Shown here in pieces: positions 25,934-40,300 of a stretch of 64,000 nucleotides of DNA; position 1 is the first letter of the stretch; each line of letters begins with the position of its first letter. The position numbers were made by a program, and so were the translations under genes. The stretch comes from the human T2T-CHM13v2.0 reference genome, Homo sapiens. The stretch lies in NCBI RefSeq assembly GCF_009914755.1, contig NC_060932.1; one strand, written 5' to 3'. The notes below the pieces were generated by a model. The model had not been told where the DNA came from and ran no database searches. It saw nothing but the letters and a program-made list of their open reading frames with translations.

Positions 25934-28900
25934 GGGTGCTTTTGTGGTACAATTTAAGGAACATCAAAAAGCTTCAATACATATCCCTCGTTAGATATTA
26001 ATAATGCCTAGAAGTCACATTATTTGAGTCTTTCCTCTTGTTTAAGATATTGACTTCCAAAATCATCAATAGGAATGCCTGAGAAATTAGTTTATGTGAC
26101 TAGCATTGTTCACTAAACCGTGGACTAAAGAGAAGGGAAAATAGAGAAGTACTTTTTTTTTTTTTTTGTAGGAGAAGGGATTGGGAAGTTCTGACACATG
26201 GTGTACCATTGGCATGAAAAAACCTAGAATGGAGAAATGGTCTGAGAAGTAAGGAAAAGCATAAAGCAGAATGGGACACTGAAAAGAAGAAAGAAAGGAT
26301 CGTGAAGCAAAAGCTACTCATCGTACTTTGGTTTAAAACCTACCTCTCCTAGAAGTTTTTGACAGGACTCAGCTCACCAATCTTTGCAATAGCCCAGAAG
26401 TGGAAGTTAATAGTTGTACAAAAGAAAATATATTAGAGCATATTAAAGATAATTTAATTTTAGTTCAAAGATTAATATATCAAATTTTCTTTTAGTTTTG
26501 TGGCCAAGGATATAAAATAACTCTCCAACACAGAGCTTGTTAGTATTCGATTCAGGTCGAGACCTCAAGGCCCCTTGTTTTTGGCCCTTTGTTCTCTCTT
26601 CATCTTTTCCTTACTTTTTATTTTTCTAGTTATGGGCATTATAAGTGAAGACTGGCCTGCCTATAGTCACAGCACAAACCAAAGAAGCAACATTAAATCT
26701 CTGCCAAGAATTAGAAATTCATGCGCATACTCTCAGGTGTTTCCAAACCTCTCTAAGCATGCTGTAGTGAAGTTTGCATAGAAATATAGATATATGTTTT
26801 GATCTTCAGACTGATCTATTCTTATAGTATATATCATTGTTTTCCATAATCCTGTGCTGGCATCGCTATTACCCAAGAGGTTGAAAAGACTGATGCATAA
26901 CCTGGAGCTCTTTCCATTTGAAGGATAAATACATGTTGCAAAACTGTCTTCTGGATTTAGTAATTGCCAAAGCCTGTGATTCTTGAGGTTGCGTGGGCAC
27001 AGTACATATAATTTAGCATATTCTACATCTAAACTATGTAAAATAAGTAATCATATATGTTAATGAGAAGAATGGGAAATGGAACTAGGTATTAACAACT
27101 CAGATTCATTTTCTTCATGTCTAAGAGTAAGACTATCTGGGAATTACTCCCAATTTATTTATAGTTTAGTTCGTAAACATAGAATAATGAGATTCTAAAA
27201 GTGCAACTCCTTATTTTTACAAATGAGAAAAATATAGATGCCAAAATGTTAAATGACTCACTCAAGACCACACCAGAGAGTTTGTGGCAAGGCCACAATG
27301 GAATTTGAGCTCAAGGACTCAGTCCTGCGGTCAGGGATCCTACAAGGATTTGTACTGTTCCAATGAAAAAAAACCTAAGTCAGGGAACTATCTTAAAGAA
27401 ATTAGTTTTTAATATTTCAAAAACAATGAAACAGAATATTCCATGATATGGTGTTCAAAATATGTGTCTTTTATTGGATACCACGTTCATGATCAGACAT
27501 ACAACCTCAGACACATACAACATTCACTCAGGAACCTATTCTGAAAAAAAACTGGGTGAAATTTTCTGAATTGCTGCTATCTTGGTCACTGGTATCATCA
27601 AATATTTTTAGTCTCTTTTCTGAGCACAACTCAGATATTCAACAGCTGGGAATAAATAAGCAATATAAATCTCTATTTCTTGAAAACAGAAATGAAGTCT
27701 ATACCTTTCAGATAATAACCTCTAGCATCAGTAATAAATATCCAGCTTTCTGTATAAATTACATTGGTCTTGGAATATTGTACTCAGCCCTGAATTATTT
27801 GTTTCATATATCGTATCTCTAGGTATACAAATTAAAAAGAAATGCTTTGGAATGTGATTAAATTATGATCGGAGGGAGGTGTAGGCTGGCAATAAAACTC
27901 TGTGACGTGTTCCTCTCTGTACTTTCCTTAGTTCTTTGTTATAATTGCATTTAATTAAATAAGTGCTCTAGAATTTCAGAATAAGGCAGGCATTCTCAGT
28001 GTCAAGAGGAACCAGCTAGCCACCCTGATGTGAAACAGCCTAACCTTGCCCTGTACAGTGAAGTTTCAACAATTGACGGTCACAAACTCTCATTAGTTGT
28101 TTCAGCCTTTGTAGAGAGCCAGGGTCAGAGACAAGCACGGCAAAGTTCAAACAGTTCTATGTTTCAGGTTGAGCTGTGGTGCTTTGTTTATGTTCCACTA
28201 ATGACTAGACCTGCTGCATGGCCAATCTGGTCTCTTCACCTGTCTTCAAGGCAGATATTGATCACCACAATCATTCTCAGTTCAGAACCGATCTTAATCA
28301 GGGTCCATTCTTTCATGACTATCTGTCAGCAGTGAGAAACATGTCATTACAGAGCCAAAGGTGATGAGTGGGTCTCCTTCTCAGAAAGGTTTTGAAAAAT
28401 AGGCATGAATTGTTATTGCAAAGTCAATAAACTTAGACACTGACTAAACTAAACCCTAATGTTCTGGGAGAAACTGGTGAAGATTATTTGGGCAGCATAT
28501 TCATTATCAGTTCAACACTTTATTTTAATCAAATGCATTCTGCAAACATCTAATATCTGATATGTAAAACAATAACTTTATATCTGCCCATATATATACC
28601 CATGCATAAAAGGAAAACATCCACAGCAAAAGATGCATCACATCGTATTTGTGCAAATCACTGTCTCCTGGAGTCACATATTTCATTATATAAAAATCTC
28701 ATTATGAATTTTGCTTGAATCACTATATTCTTGACTTTTTCTTAGCAAAACAATATTAAGTTCAACATAATATTTTAGACAATATATGAAAGATGTTTGA
28801 GATAAAATTAAATCTATGCCATATATGTATATACATACAAGTTGAATTGAATATAAGTTGGTCTTGTGTTTTTTTACTGTAGATTTTTGATAGGGTTCAT

Positions 28901-31900
28901 AATAATTCAGAAGGCTCTAAGTTAGAATGTCAGAGCTTTTAGTTTTGTAGATAGATGGCAAGACAGATAGATAATCTTGCATGGTACAAGGTACATGTTC
29001 ACATTTCAAGTTTGTAACATGGAAGTAACAGCCCGTGGCTTCATTCTGATATTTGGCACTGTCTGAGCATGTCGAGCACACTGAAGGAACAATCTTGGCT
29101 GATGGTCATTTGCATGAGGCTCTAGAAGTCTCTTAGACAAACACATATGGGGAAAGGAGGAATAAAACAAAACCAAATGCTATTCATTGCTTGCCTTGTC
29201 CCCTGGATACCTCGTGGTGTTAGGAATACAAGGAATACAAGCAGTTTGAGAAAATAATTAAATGATCTTTTTCTGATCTTTGTATTACATTGGGGCACAA
29301 ATGTGTACTATTCTGAGGACCCCTCTAACATAGTATTACAAAAAGGGACACTCTTCTTTCCCAGTATAATCATAGATCACCTTTTGGCTTTGATACCTTA
29401 TGTTGCAGCTTCATAAGACAAGCTAGGATGTCCGGTGGCAGATGGCAGAACAATAATCGTTTCACTATCCACAATTCCTTTCATAAGAGAGGAATTTAGG
29501 GGAATAAAAAAAAACAGATGAGGAACAGAGGAGACTCATGTGTTCCAGTTTGACCACCAATTTCCCAAATCATTAACCATTTGAACTTGGATTATACATT
29601 GCCAATAAGAAAGCTAAGAATCCTTAGTACTTCTTTTATTCTAAGGTGTTCACATTCCCCACCAGTGTTGACTGAGATTTAGGATGGTTATGTATGCAAC
29701 AGACTGACTAGCAATAGCACTATAATAGCTTATAATGGTCTTTCAGTATGACTTTTTGATTCCAACGGATATGGCAAAAAGCCTATATTATTCTGCAATT
29801 CGATAAGCATTATATAATATTAATGGTTAACAATGTAGTCTTTTATTTATAATTTTATTATCAACTTTTGTTTTAGGTTCAGGGGTACATGTACATGTTC
29901 ATTATATAGGAAAATTGCATGTCACAGAAGTTTGGTGTGCAAGTTATTCTATCACCCAGATAATAAGCATAGTACCTGCTAAGTAGTTTTTAATTCTCTC
30001 AATCTCCCCTCCTCAAGTAGGCCCCAGTGTCTGTTGTTCCCTTTTTTGTGTCCAAATGTACTCAAAGTTTAACTTCCACTTGTAAGTGAAAACATGTGGT
30101 ATTTGGTTTTCTGTTCCTGAATTACTTTACTTAGGATAATGGCCTCCAGCTCCATCAGTGTTGCTGCCAAGGACGTAATCTCATTCTTTTTTAGGACTGC
30201 ATAGTACTCCATAGTGTATATGTACCATATTTAATATAGCCAGTCTGCCATTAATGTGCACTTAGGTTTATGCCATATCTTTGCTATTGTGAATACTGGT
30301 ATGATAAACATATGCATGAATGTGTCTTCATGGCAGAACAATTATTTATATTCCTTTGGGTATGTACTCAATAATGAGATTGCTTGGTTAAATGGTAATT
30401 CTGTTTTAAGTTCTTTGAGAAATCCCCAAACTGCTTTCCACAATGGCTGACCTAGTTTATATTCCCACCAGTAGTGGACAAGCCTAAATGTTCCCTTTTT
30501 TTCACAACCTGGCAAGTATCTGATATTTTTTCACTTGTTAATTATAGCCATTCTTTCTGACTGATGTGAGATGGTATCTCGTTGTGGTTTTGACTGGCAT
30601 TTCTCTAATAATTAGTTATGTTGAATATTTTTTCTTATGGTTGTTGGCCACATGAATTTCTGATCTTAAAAAGTGTCAGTTTATGTCCTTTGCACAATTT
30701 TTAATAGGTTCATTTGTTTTTGTTTTTTTTTTTGCTTGTATTTTTAACTTCTTTGTAGATAATGGAAATTAGACTTTTGTTGGATACATAGTTTGTGAAT
30801 AATTTCTCTTATTTTGTATACTGTTCAATCTACTGGTAATTTCTTTGGCTGTGCAGAAGCTCTTTAGTTTAATTAGGTCCTATTTGTCAATTTCTTTTTG
30901 TTGCAATTGCTTTGGCATCTTTGTCATGAAGTCTTTGCCAGGTCCTATGTCCAGAATAGTATTTCCTAGATTTTCTTCTAGGGTTTTTACAGTTTTTCAT
31001 TTTAAATTTAAGTCTTTAATCCATCTTGAGTTAATTTTTGTATGTGGTTTAAGGAAGGAGTCCAGTTTTAATCTTCTCCATATGGCTAGCCAGTTATCTC
31101 AGAATCATTTATTGAACAAGGAGTCCTTTCCTTATAGCTTGTTTTGTCAATTTTGTCAAAGATCAGATGGCTGTAGGTGTGTGGCATAATTTTTGGGCTC
31201 TCTATTCTGTTTCATTGGTCTATGTGTCTACTTTTGTACTAGTACCATACTGCTTCGTTTACGGTAGCCATGTAGTATAATTTAAAGTTGGTTAGTGTGA
31301 TGTCTCCAGATTTTTGCTTTTTTCTTCAGACTGCGTTGGCTATGTGAACTCTTTTTTAGATCCATATGAATTTTAAAATAGTGTTTTCTAATTCTGGGAA
31401 GAATGTCATCAGTAATTGGATAGGAATAGCATTGAATCTGTTAATTGCTTTGGACATTCTGGCCATTTTGGCAATATTGATTATTTTTATCCATGAGCAT
31501 GGAATATTTTTCCATTTGTTTGAGTTATCTCTGATATGTCTGAGCAGTGTTTTGTTTTCTCATTGTAGAGCTCTCACCTCCTTGGTTAGCTATACTCCTA
31601 AGTATTTTATTCTTTTTGTAGCTATTGTGAATGGGATTGCATTCTTGATTTGACTCTCAGCTTGGATGTTGTTCATGTGTAGGAATACTAGTGATTATTG
31701 TACATTGATTTTGTATCATGAAACTTTGCTGAAGTTGTTTGTCATATCAAGGAACTTTGGGGCAGAGACCATGGGGTTTTCTTGATATAGAATCATATCA
31801 TCTGCAAACAGGCATAGTTTGAGTTCTCTTCCTATCTGGATGCCTTTTATTTCTTTCTCTTGCCTTATTGCTCTGGCTAGAACTTCCAGTACTATGTAAA

Positions 31901-32154
31901 ATAATGGTGGTGAGAGATGACATTCTTGTCTTATTCCAGTTTTCAAGAGGAATGCTTCCAGTTTTTGCACATTCAGTATGATGTCACCTGTGGGTTTTTC
32001 ATAAAGTGCTCTCATTATTTTGAAATATGTTCCTTCAATGCCTATTTTTCAGAGTTTTTAACATGAAGGGATGTTGAATTTTACTGGAAGACTTTTCTGT
32101 AGCTATTGAGATGATCATGTGATTTTTTTGTCTGTAGTTCTGGTTATGTGGTGA

Positions 32155-32592
<438 letters not shown>

Positions 32593-32847
32593 AGGATTGC
32601 TTGTATTTTCTTGAGTATTTTTGCATTCTTGTTCATCAAAGATATTGCCTTGAATTTTTCTTTCTTTCTTGTGTTTCTGCCAGGTTTTGGTATCAGGATG
32701 ATGCTGGCCTTACAAAAATGAATTAGGAAAGAGTTCTTTCTCTTTGATTTTTTGGAATAGTTACAGTAGGAATGGTACTAGCTTTTCTTTATACATCTGC
32801 TAGGAGTTGGCTGTGAATCTGCCTGTTGGGTTTTTTCTGGTTGGTAG

Positions 32848-33290
<443 letters not shown>

Positions 33291-33309
33291 GGTAGGCTTT
33301 TTAAAAAAA

Positions 33310-33602
33310 TTTTTTGAGAGACAGAGTCTCATACTTTCATGCAGGCTGGAGTGCAGTGACATGATCTTGGCCCATTGCAACCTCTGCTTCCCAGGCTTAA
33401 GTGATCATGCCACCTCAGCCTCCAGAGTAAGTGGGACTACAGGCATGTGCTACCATGTCTGGCTAATTTTTGTATTTTTTATAGAGAAGGGGTTTTGCCC
33501 TGTTGCCCACACTACTGTCAAAGTCCAAGGTTCTAGTGATCCACCTGCCTCAGCCTTCAAAGATCTGGGATTGCAGGCATGAGTCACTGAGGCTGACCTG
33601 GC
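33310..33602 (-). mobile_element. AluJ
   Basis: Diverged dimer with J-type ggcttaagtgatc..gccacctcagcc. Confidence 0.9.
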
Positions 33603-36190
33603 AAACTTTTTAATACTTACTTAATTTTGGAAACCAGTATTAGTCTGTTCAGGGATTCAATCTCTTCCTGATTCCATCTTGGGAGGTTGTATGTTTCCAG
33701 GAATTTATCCATTTCTTCTAGGTTTTCTAGCTTGTGTGCATAGAGGTGTTCATAATAGTCTCTGAGGTTTTTTTTTTTTTGTTTTTTGTTTTTTTGTATT
33801 TCTGTGGGGTCAGTGGGAACATCCCTTCATCATTTCTGTTCTGATTGTGTTTACTTGGATCTTGTCTCTTAGTCTAGCTGGAGGTCTATGTATCTTATTG
33901 TTTCACAAAAATAGCTTCTGGATTCATTGATTTTTTTTGTGTGTGTGTGTGGTTTTTTAAATCACAGTTTTCTTTAAATCAGCTCTAATTTCGGTTATTT
34001 CTTGTCTTCTTCTAGCTTTAGGGTTAGTTTGCTCTTGTTTCTCTGCTTCCTCTAGATGTGATGCTAGGTTGTTAATTTGAGATCTTTCTATAATAACTTC
34101 TTGATGGGGGTGTTTAGTGATATAAACTTCCCACTTAACACTGCTTTCACTATGTCTCAGATTCTGGTATGTTGTAACTTTTTACTCATTCGCTTCAAAG
34201 AATATCTTGATTTCTGCCTTAATTTCATTATTTACCCAGGAATCATTCAGGAGCAGATTGTTTAGTTTAATTCAATGTTTTGAGTGATTTTCTTAGCATT
34301 GATTTCTATTTTTAGTGCATTGTGGATGAACAGTGTGGTTGGTATGATTTTGTTTGTTTGTTTTTTTAATCTGCTGAGGGTTGTTATATGCCCGATTGTG
34401 TAGTTTAGTTTAGAATGTGTGCAATGTGCAGGTGAGAATGTATATTCTGTTGTTTTGGGCTGGAGATTCTGTAGATGTCTATTAGGTCTATTTTGTCAAG
34501 TGTTGAGTTAAGGTCCTGAATATTTTGTTAGTTTTCTTCCTCAATGATCTAGCTAATACTGTCACTGGGATTTTAAAGGATCCAACGATTGTTGTGTGGT
34601 TATCTAAAACTTTTCATAGGTCTCTAAGAAGTCACTTTCTGTATCTGGGTGCTCCTGTGTTGAGTGTGTATATATTCAGGATTGTTAGATCATTTTGTTC
34701 AATCGAGCCCTTTTCCATTTTGTAATGTCTTTGTCTTTTTTGAACTTTGTTAAAGTCTGTTTTGTCTGATTTAGAATAGCAATCCCTGCTTTGATCTGTT
34801 TTCCATTTTCTTGTTAGATTTTTCTCCATCCCTTTACTTTGAGCCTATGAATATCACTACATATAAGATGGGTCTTTTAAGACAGCTTACCTTTGGGTTT
34901 TGCTTCTTTATCCAATTTGCCACTCTGTGCCTTTTAAATGGGGACATTTAGCCCATTTGCATTCAAGGTTGATATTGATATGTGTGGATTTGATCCTGCC
35001 ATCATGTTGTAAGCTGGTTATTATGCACACTTGTTTGTATGGTTGTTTTATAGTGTGACTGGTCTATGCACTTAAATATGTTTTTGTAGTGGCTGGTAAC
35101 AGTCTTTCCTCTTTCCATATTCAGTGCTGCCTTCAGGACCTCGTGTAAGCCAGGTCTGGTGGTAATGAATTCTCTTAGCATGGGCTCTCTGAAAAGGATC
35201 TTATTTATCCTTTGCTTATAAAGCTTAGTTTGGCTGGGTATGAAATTCTTTGTTGAAAATTCTTTTCTTTAAAAATGTTAAAGAATTTGGACCCCAAATG
35301 TCTTCTGGCTTGCAGGGCTTCTGCTGACAGTTGTGCTGTTAGCTTGAGGAGGTTCCCTTTGTAGGTGACCTGCCCCTTCTCTCTAGCTGCCTTTTGCATT
35401 TTGTCTTTCATTTCAGCCTTAGAGAATATGACTGCTATGTGTCTTGGGGATGGTCTTCTTGTGAAGTATTTCTCAGGGGTGTTCTACATTTCCTGAATAT
35501 AAATGTTGGCCTCTCTAGCAAGGTTAGGGAAATTTTCATAGATGACATCCTGAAATATGTTTTCCAAGTTTCTTGGTTTGTCTCCCTCTATCTCAGGCAC
35601 ACCAATGAGTCATAGTTTGAGTCTCTTTACATAATCCCGTATTTCTTGGAGGTTTTGTTCATTCTTCTTTATTGTTTTTTTCCTTTAATTTTCTTTAACT
35701 GAGTTATTTCAGAGAGTCAGTCTTCAAGCTGTGAGAATCTTTCCTCAGGCTGGTCAATTCTGCTGTTAATACTTGCTATTGCCCTATGAAATTCTCATAG
35801 CGCATTTGTCAGCTCTATGAGATCAGCTTGATTCTTTTTTATAAAGGCCATTTTGTCTAATGTCTCCTGTATCATTTGACTGTAATCCTTAGATTCCCTG
35901 GATTGGCTTTCAACTTTCTGTTATATGTTGATGATCTTCATTCCTATCCATATTCTGAATTCTGTTTCTGTCATTTCAGCCATCTCAGCTTGTTAGGAAC
36001 CATGGCTGGAGAACTAATGCGGTTGTTCGGAGGTAAGAAGTCATTCTGGCTTTTTGAGTTGCTGAACCAGTTACAAGAACCAGTTGCTTGAACTGGTTCT
36101 TTCTAATCTTTGTGGGCTGATGTTCCTTGAATCCTTGAAGTTGCTGACCTCCGGATGATTTTTTTTTATCCTATTTGATGTCCTTGAGAT

Positions 36191-37045
36191 CATGATTCCA
36201 TGTTTGCTGTTGTTTCTTGTGAATATACATGTAGGTCTTTGCATCGAAGGATTGGTTATTTAGTCTTCTCTTTCTGGCTTGTTTTGGTTTTTATTATGTT
36301 TGCTTACAAATTCTTTATAACTTATCTGTTGATTTTCTTTATTTCTTTCCTTTATTTCCCACTAGGTTGCTGCCTCATTTTTGATACTATGTGGCATCTT
36401 AATCCCAGGTTTGCTTCAGTTCTAATAAACAATCAGATAACTACCCATCTTGAATGGGGTGGAAGGAGGATCCAAAAGGGGGATACTTCTGTGGTGTGGG
36501 AAGCCTGACTAAGGATTTTTGTCAGGGGACCTGTGAACAAATATGCATAGTGATGCTGAAGAGCTATTCTGATATGGCATCTGTTTTGTTATAGAACAGA
36601 GTTTCCAGGGATGTAGATGGTAGTTCTGCCTCTCTCCTTTGTCTTTTGCTCTCAGACGTCTTTCTCCTTTCAGGTGCTCCCAATGCTCCCTATGAGTTAA
36701 GGCAGATACAGTTCCGCAGCAAGGGAATGCAAGATGGTGAAGAAGCTGATTGTCTACTTCATCTAAGTTTTCCAGTATGGAAACTGTGATTTAGAGGGAT
36801 ATATTTTACATGCTTGGTGCTGGGTGGATTGAGGAAAGGAGAATTGCAGCTATGGAAGTCTGATTCTCTGACCATCTGCTTGGACATTTTTATGACTCTG
36901 TGACCCTGGAAATCGTCTCATCCTCATATTTGAGTTCAGGGAGAGTGTTGGTGATCATTTTTATGCTGTATATTTGTTTTTGGTTTTCTGTGGGGAAGAG
37001 TAAATTCAGCTTGCTTCTATGCCACCATTTTGGAACCAGAGTCCC
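36191..37045 (-). mobile_element. L1M-type 5' UTR fragment including the element start
   Basis: Minus strand begins gggactctggttccaaaatggtggc, resembling an L1 5' end with a decayed YY1-type motif. Confidence 0.6.
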
Positions 37046-37067
37046 TCTTTTAAATAATAATTTAGTC

Positions 37068-37287
37068 TTTGGAGTCAAAGACCCTGGGATTATAATTAAG
37101 ATTTTAAACTTATTAGTTATATGATCTTTGGCAAGTTAACTAATCCTTCTATTGCTTGGTTTCATTAACGTAAAATGTTTATTAAAAACACTTCTATAAT
37201 TAGACCTGTTGTAGAGTTGAATCATTAATACTTGTAAAGTGATTTAAATAGTACTTGATATACAGAAACATCTTAATAAATATTAAT
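37068..37287 (+). mobile_element. MIR
   Basis: ggagtcaaagacc...tgatctttggcaagtta...cttaataaatatta. Confidence 0.75.
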
Positions 37288-37351
37288 TCTCAATATCATG
37301 GAAAGAGAAAATGAAAACATGAGAATAGATGTCTGAACATTATGCTGACCA

Positions 37352-40300
37352 AGGAATGCTGGTTTGTATGGAAACTTGATGTTTAGCGTTTTCGGAACTG
37401 TCAAACTATTTTCCAAAGTGGACACATTTTACATTTCCACAATTAGTGTTTGAGGGTTCCTATTTCTCCATGTTGCCACTAATGTTTATTATTGCCTGTT
37501 TTTCTTAATATAGCCATACTAATAGGCATAAAATTGTATCTCATTGTGGTTTTGATTGGCATTTTCCTAATTACTAATTGTTTTGAGCATTTTTTTATGT
37601 GCTTATTAGTCATCTGTGTAGCATCTTAGAAGAAATTTCTATTGAAATTCTTCATTTATTTTTAATTGGGTTATTTATCTTTTTACATATTCAGGTTATT
37701 AGATCCTAATCAAATTTATGATACGTATATATTTTCTATATTTTTTGCCTTTATAATTTTTGATAGTGCCTTTGAAGTACAAACATATTTAATTTTGATT
37801 ATATCCAATTTATTTTTCTTTGGTTGATTATACTTTAGATGTCATAGGTAAGAAATTATTACCTAATTATATGATCTGAAACTTCATCACAAACATTAAT
37901 AGTTAAGTGATATTGTTTATTCTAATTGTATTTGATTATATTTCCAGATCTAGGACTAAATAAGGAAATTCATCTTGCAATCTTCAGTAATGATAATAAA
38001 ACTTGTTATTTTTTAAAAAACAAATTATTACCTAATCCAACATCACAAAGATATATACCTATGTTTTCGTCTAAGAGTTTTACAATTTTATCTTTTCCAT
38101 TTATGTCTTTGATCCATTATGAGTTAATTTTTGGACATGGTATGAAACAGTAGTTCAACTTCATTCTTTCACATGTGGCTACCCACTTATCTTTGTACCA
38201 TTTGCTTAAAAGGCTATTCCTTCCTCTTGAATTGTCTCGGCACAATTGTCAAAAATCTATTGAGCATAAACATATGACCTCATTTCTAGACTCTCAATTC
38301 TATTCCATTGATCTATTTTTCTACTATCATGTAAGTGCCTCATAATCTTGATTAGTGTAGCTTTGTAGTAAGTTTTGAAATCAGGAAGTATAAGTCCATT
38401 GACTTAGTTCATATTTTTTAAGATTGTTTTGGCTATTCTGAGTCACTTGCATTTCCTTATTAATTTTAGATTCAGCTTATCAATTTCTAAAAAAAAAACG
38501 AGGGATTTTGATAGGGTTTTTTGAAAAATGTTGATCAATTTGGAGAGTACTAAATCTTAATAACATTGATTTTTTTAACTCATGAATATAGATGTCTTTT
38601 CATTTATTGGGTCTTATTTATTTTTTTAAATTATATTTTATAATTTTTAGTGTATAAATTTTAAATTAAAAATTATTCCTAAATATTTTATTTTTGATGC
38701 TATTATAAATAGAATGGCTATTATAATTTTGTTTTGGGTTGTTTATTGCTAGTGTATAGAAATACAACGGAGTGTTAAATATAATCTTGTATCCCAATAC
38801 CTTGCTGAATTTGTTTATTAGATTTAATAACTTCTTTGGTAGATACCTTAAGATTTTCCATATTCAAGATCAAGTAAACTGCAAGTAGAGATAATTTTAC
38901 TTCTTTTTCAATCTAGATGCTTTTTATTTATTTTTCTTGACCATTTGCCCTAGCTGGAAACTCCATTACAATGTTGACTAGAAGAATCAGGAGTGGACAA
39001 CTTTGTCTTGTTCTTCATCTTAGTGTGAACAGTTTTGGTTTTCTATGTCTTTTGAGCTGATCATGAGGCTTTTGACCTTTATCCATTTAATAAAGCATAT
39101 GATATTGATTTATTTTTATATGTTGAACAATTCTTGCTCTCTATGGATAAACCTCACTTGGTCTTGTTTCTTTTTTATATATTGTTGGGTTGTTTGTTTT
39201 GTCAATAATTTTTGAAGCTATAATCATAAGGGATAGCAGTCTATAATATTCTTGGGATCTTATTCTCTGATTTTGCAATCAATATAATACTGGTCTTATA
39301 AAGTGACTCGGAAAGTATTTCCTGCACTTCTATTTTTGTCATTGTTGTAGTAGCTAGAAGAGTTTGCAAAAGATTGGCATTAAATATTCTTTAAACATTT
39401 GGTAGATTGCATCCATGAAACATCTGTTCCTGGGCTTTTTTGTTTTGATTATTAAATAAATATTTTTACATGCTATAAATCCATTTACATAATCCATTTC
39501 TTCTTGAATCAGTTTTAGTAGTTTGCATCTTTTTTAGAAATTTTAGAAAGTTTTAGAAATTTGTGCAAATTTATTGACATAAATTATTTATCATATTTTC
39601 TTATGAATATTTTTATTTCTATAATTTAGTTAGTAATTTCTCCTCTGTCCTTGATTTTAGTAATATGAGTCTTTATTCTTTCATCTTAGTTAGTCTAAAG
39701 ATTTGTTAATTTTGTTGATCTTTTCAAAGAACCAACCTTTGTTTTGACTAGTTTTTAAAATTGTTTTTATATTCTTACTCTCATTTAATTTCATTCTGAT
39801 CTTTATTATTTCCAGAATTTTGTTTTCTTTGGATTTAGTTTGCCCTTATTTTTCTAGTTTCTTAGGGTGGAATGTTAGGCTTTTGAGTTGAGATTTTTCT
39901 TATTTCTTTTAACATAGGTGTTTAAAATGATAATGTTTTTTCTATGCATCATTTACCTGTATTACATAAATTAATATATTTTATGTTTTTGTTTTCATTT
40001 ATCTCAAAATATTTCCTAATTTCCCTTGTGATTTATTCTTTGACTCATTGGTTATTTAACTGTGTGTTGCTTAATTTACATATTTCTATTTCTTATTGAC
40101 ATTTAGTTTTATTTCAGTGTTCTCAGAGAACATACTTTGTATGATTTTAATATTTTAAATTTTCTTGAGATATGTTTTATGGCCTAACATATGATCTATT
40201 CTAGAGAATGTAACATCAGCACTTGAGAAGAATGTATATTCTCCTGTTGTTGAGTGTAGTGTTTCATAGTTATTTGTTAGTTCTAGTTGTTTTATAGTAT

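Noticed and set aside
31716-32015. Reverse-transcriptase-like peptide with FADD motif
   Set aside because: Fragment of a decayed L1 ORF2, not an intact or novel RT system.
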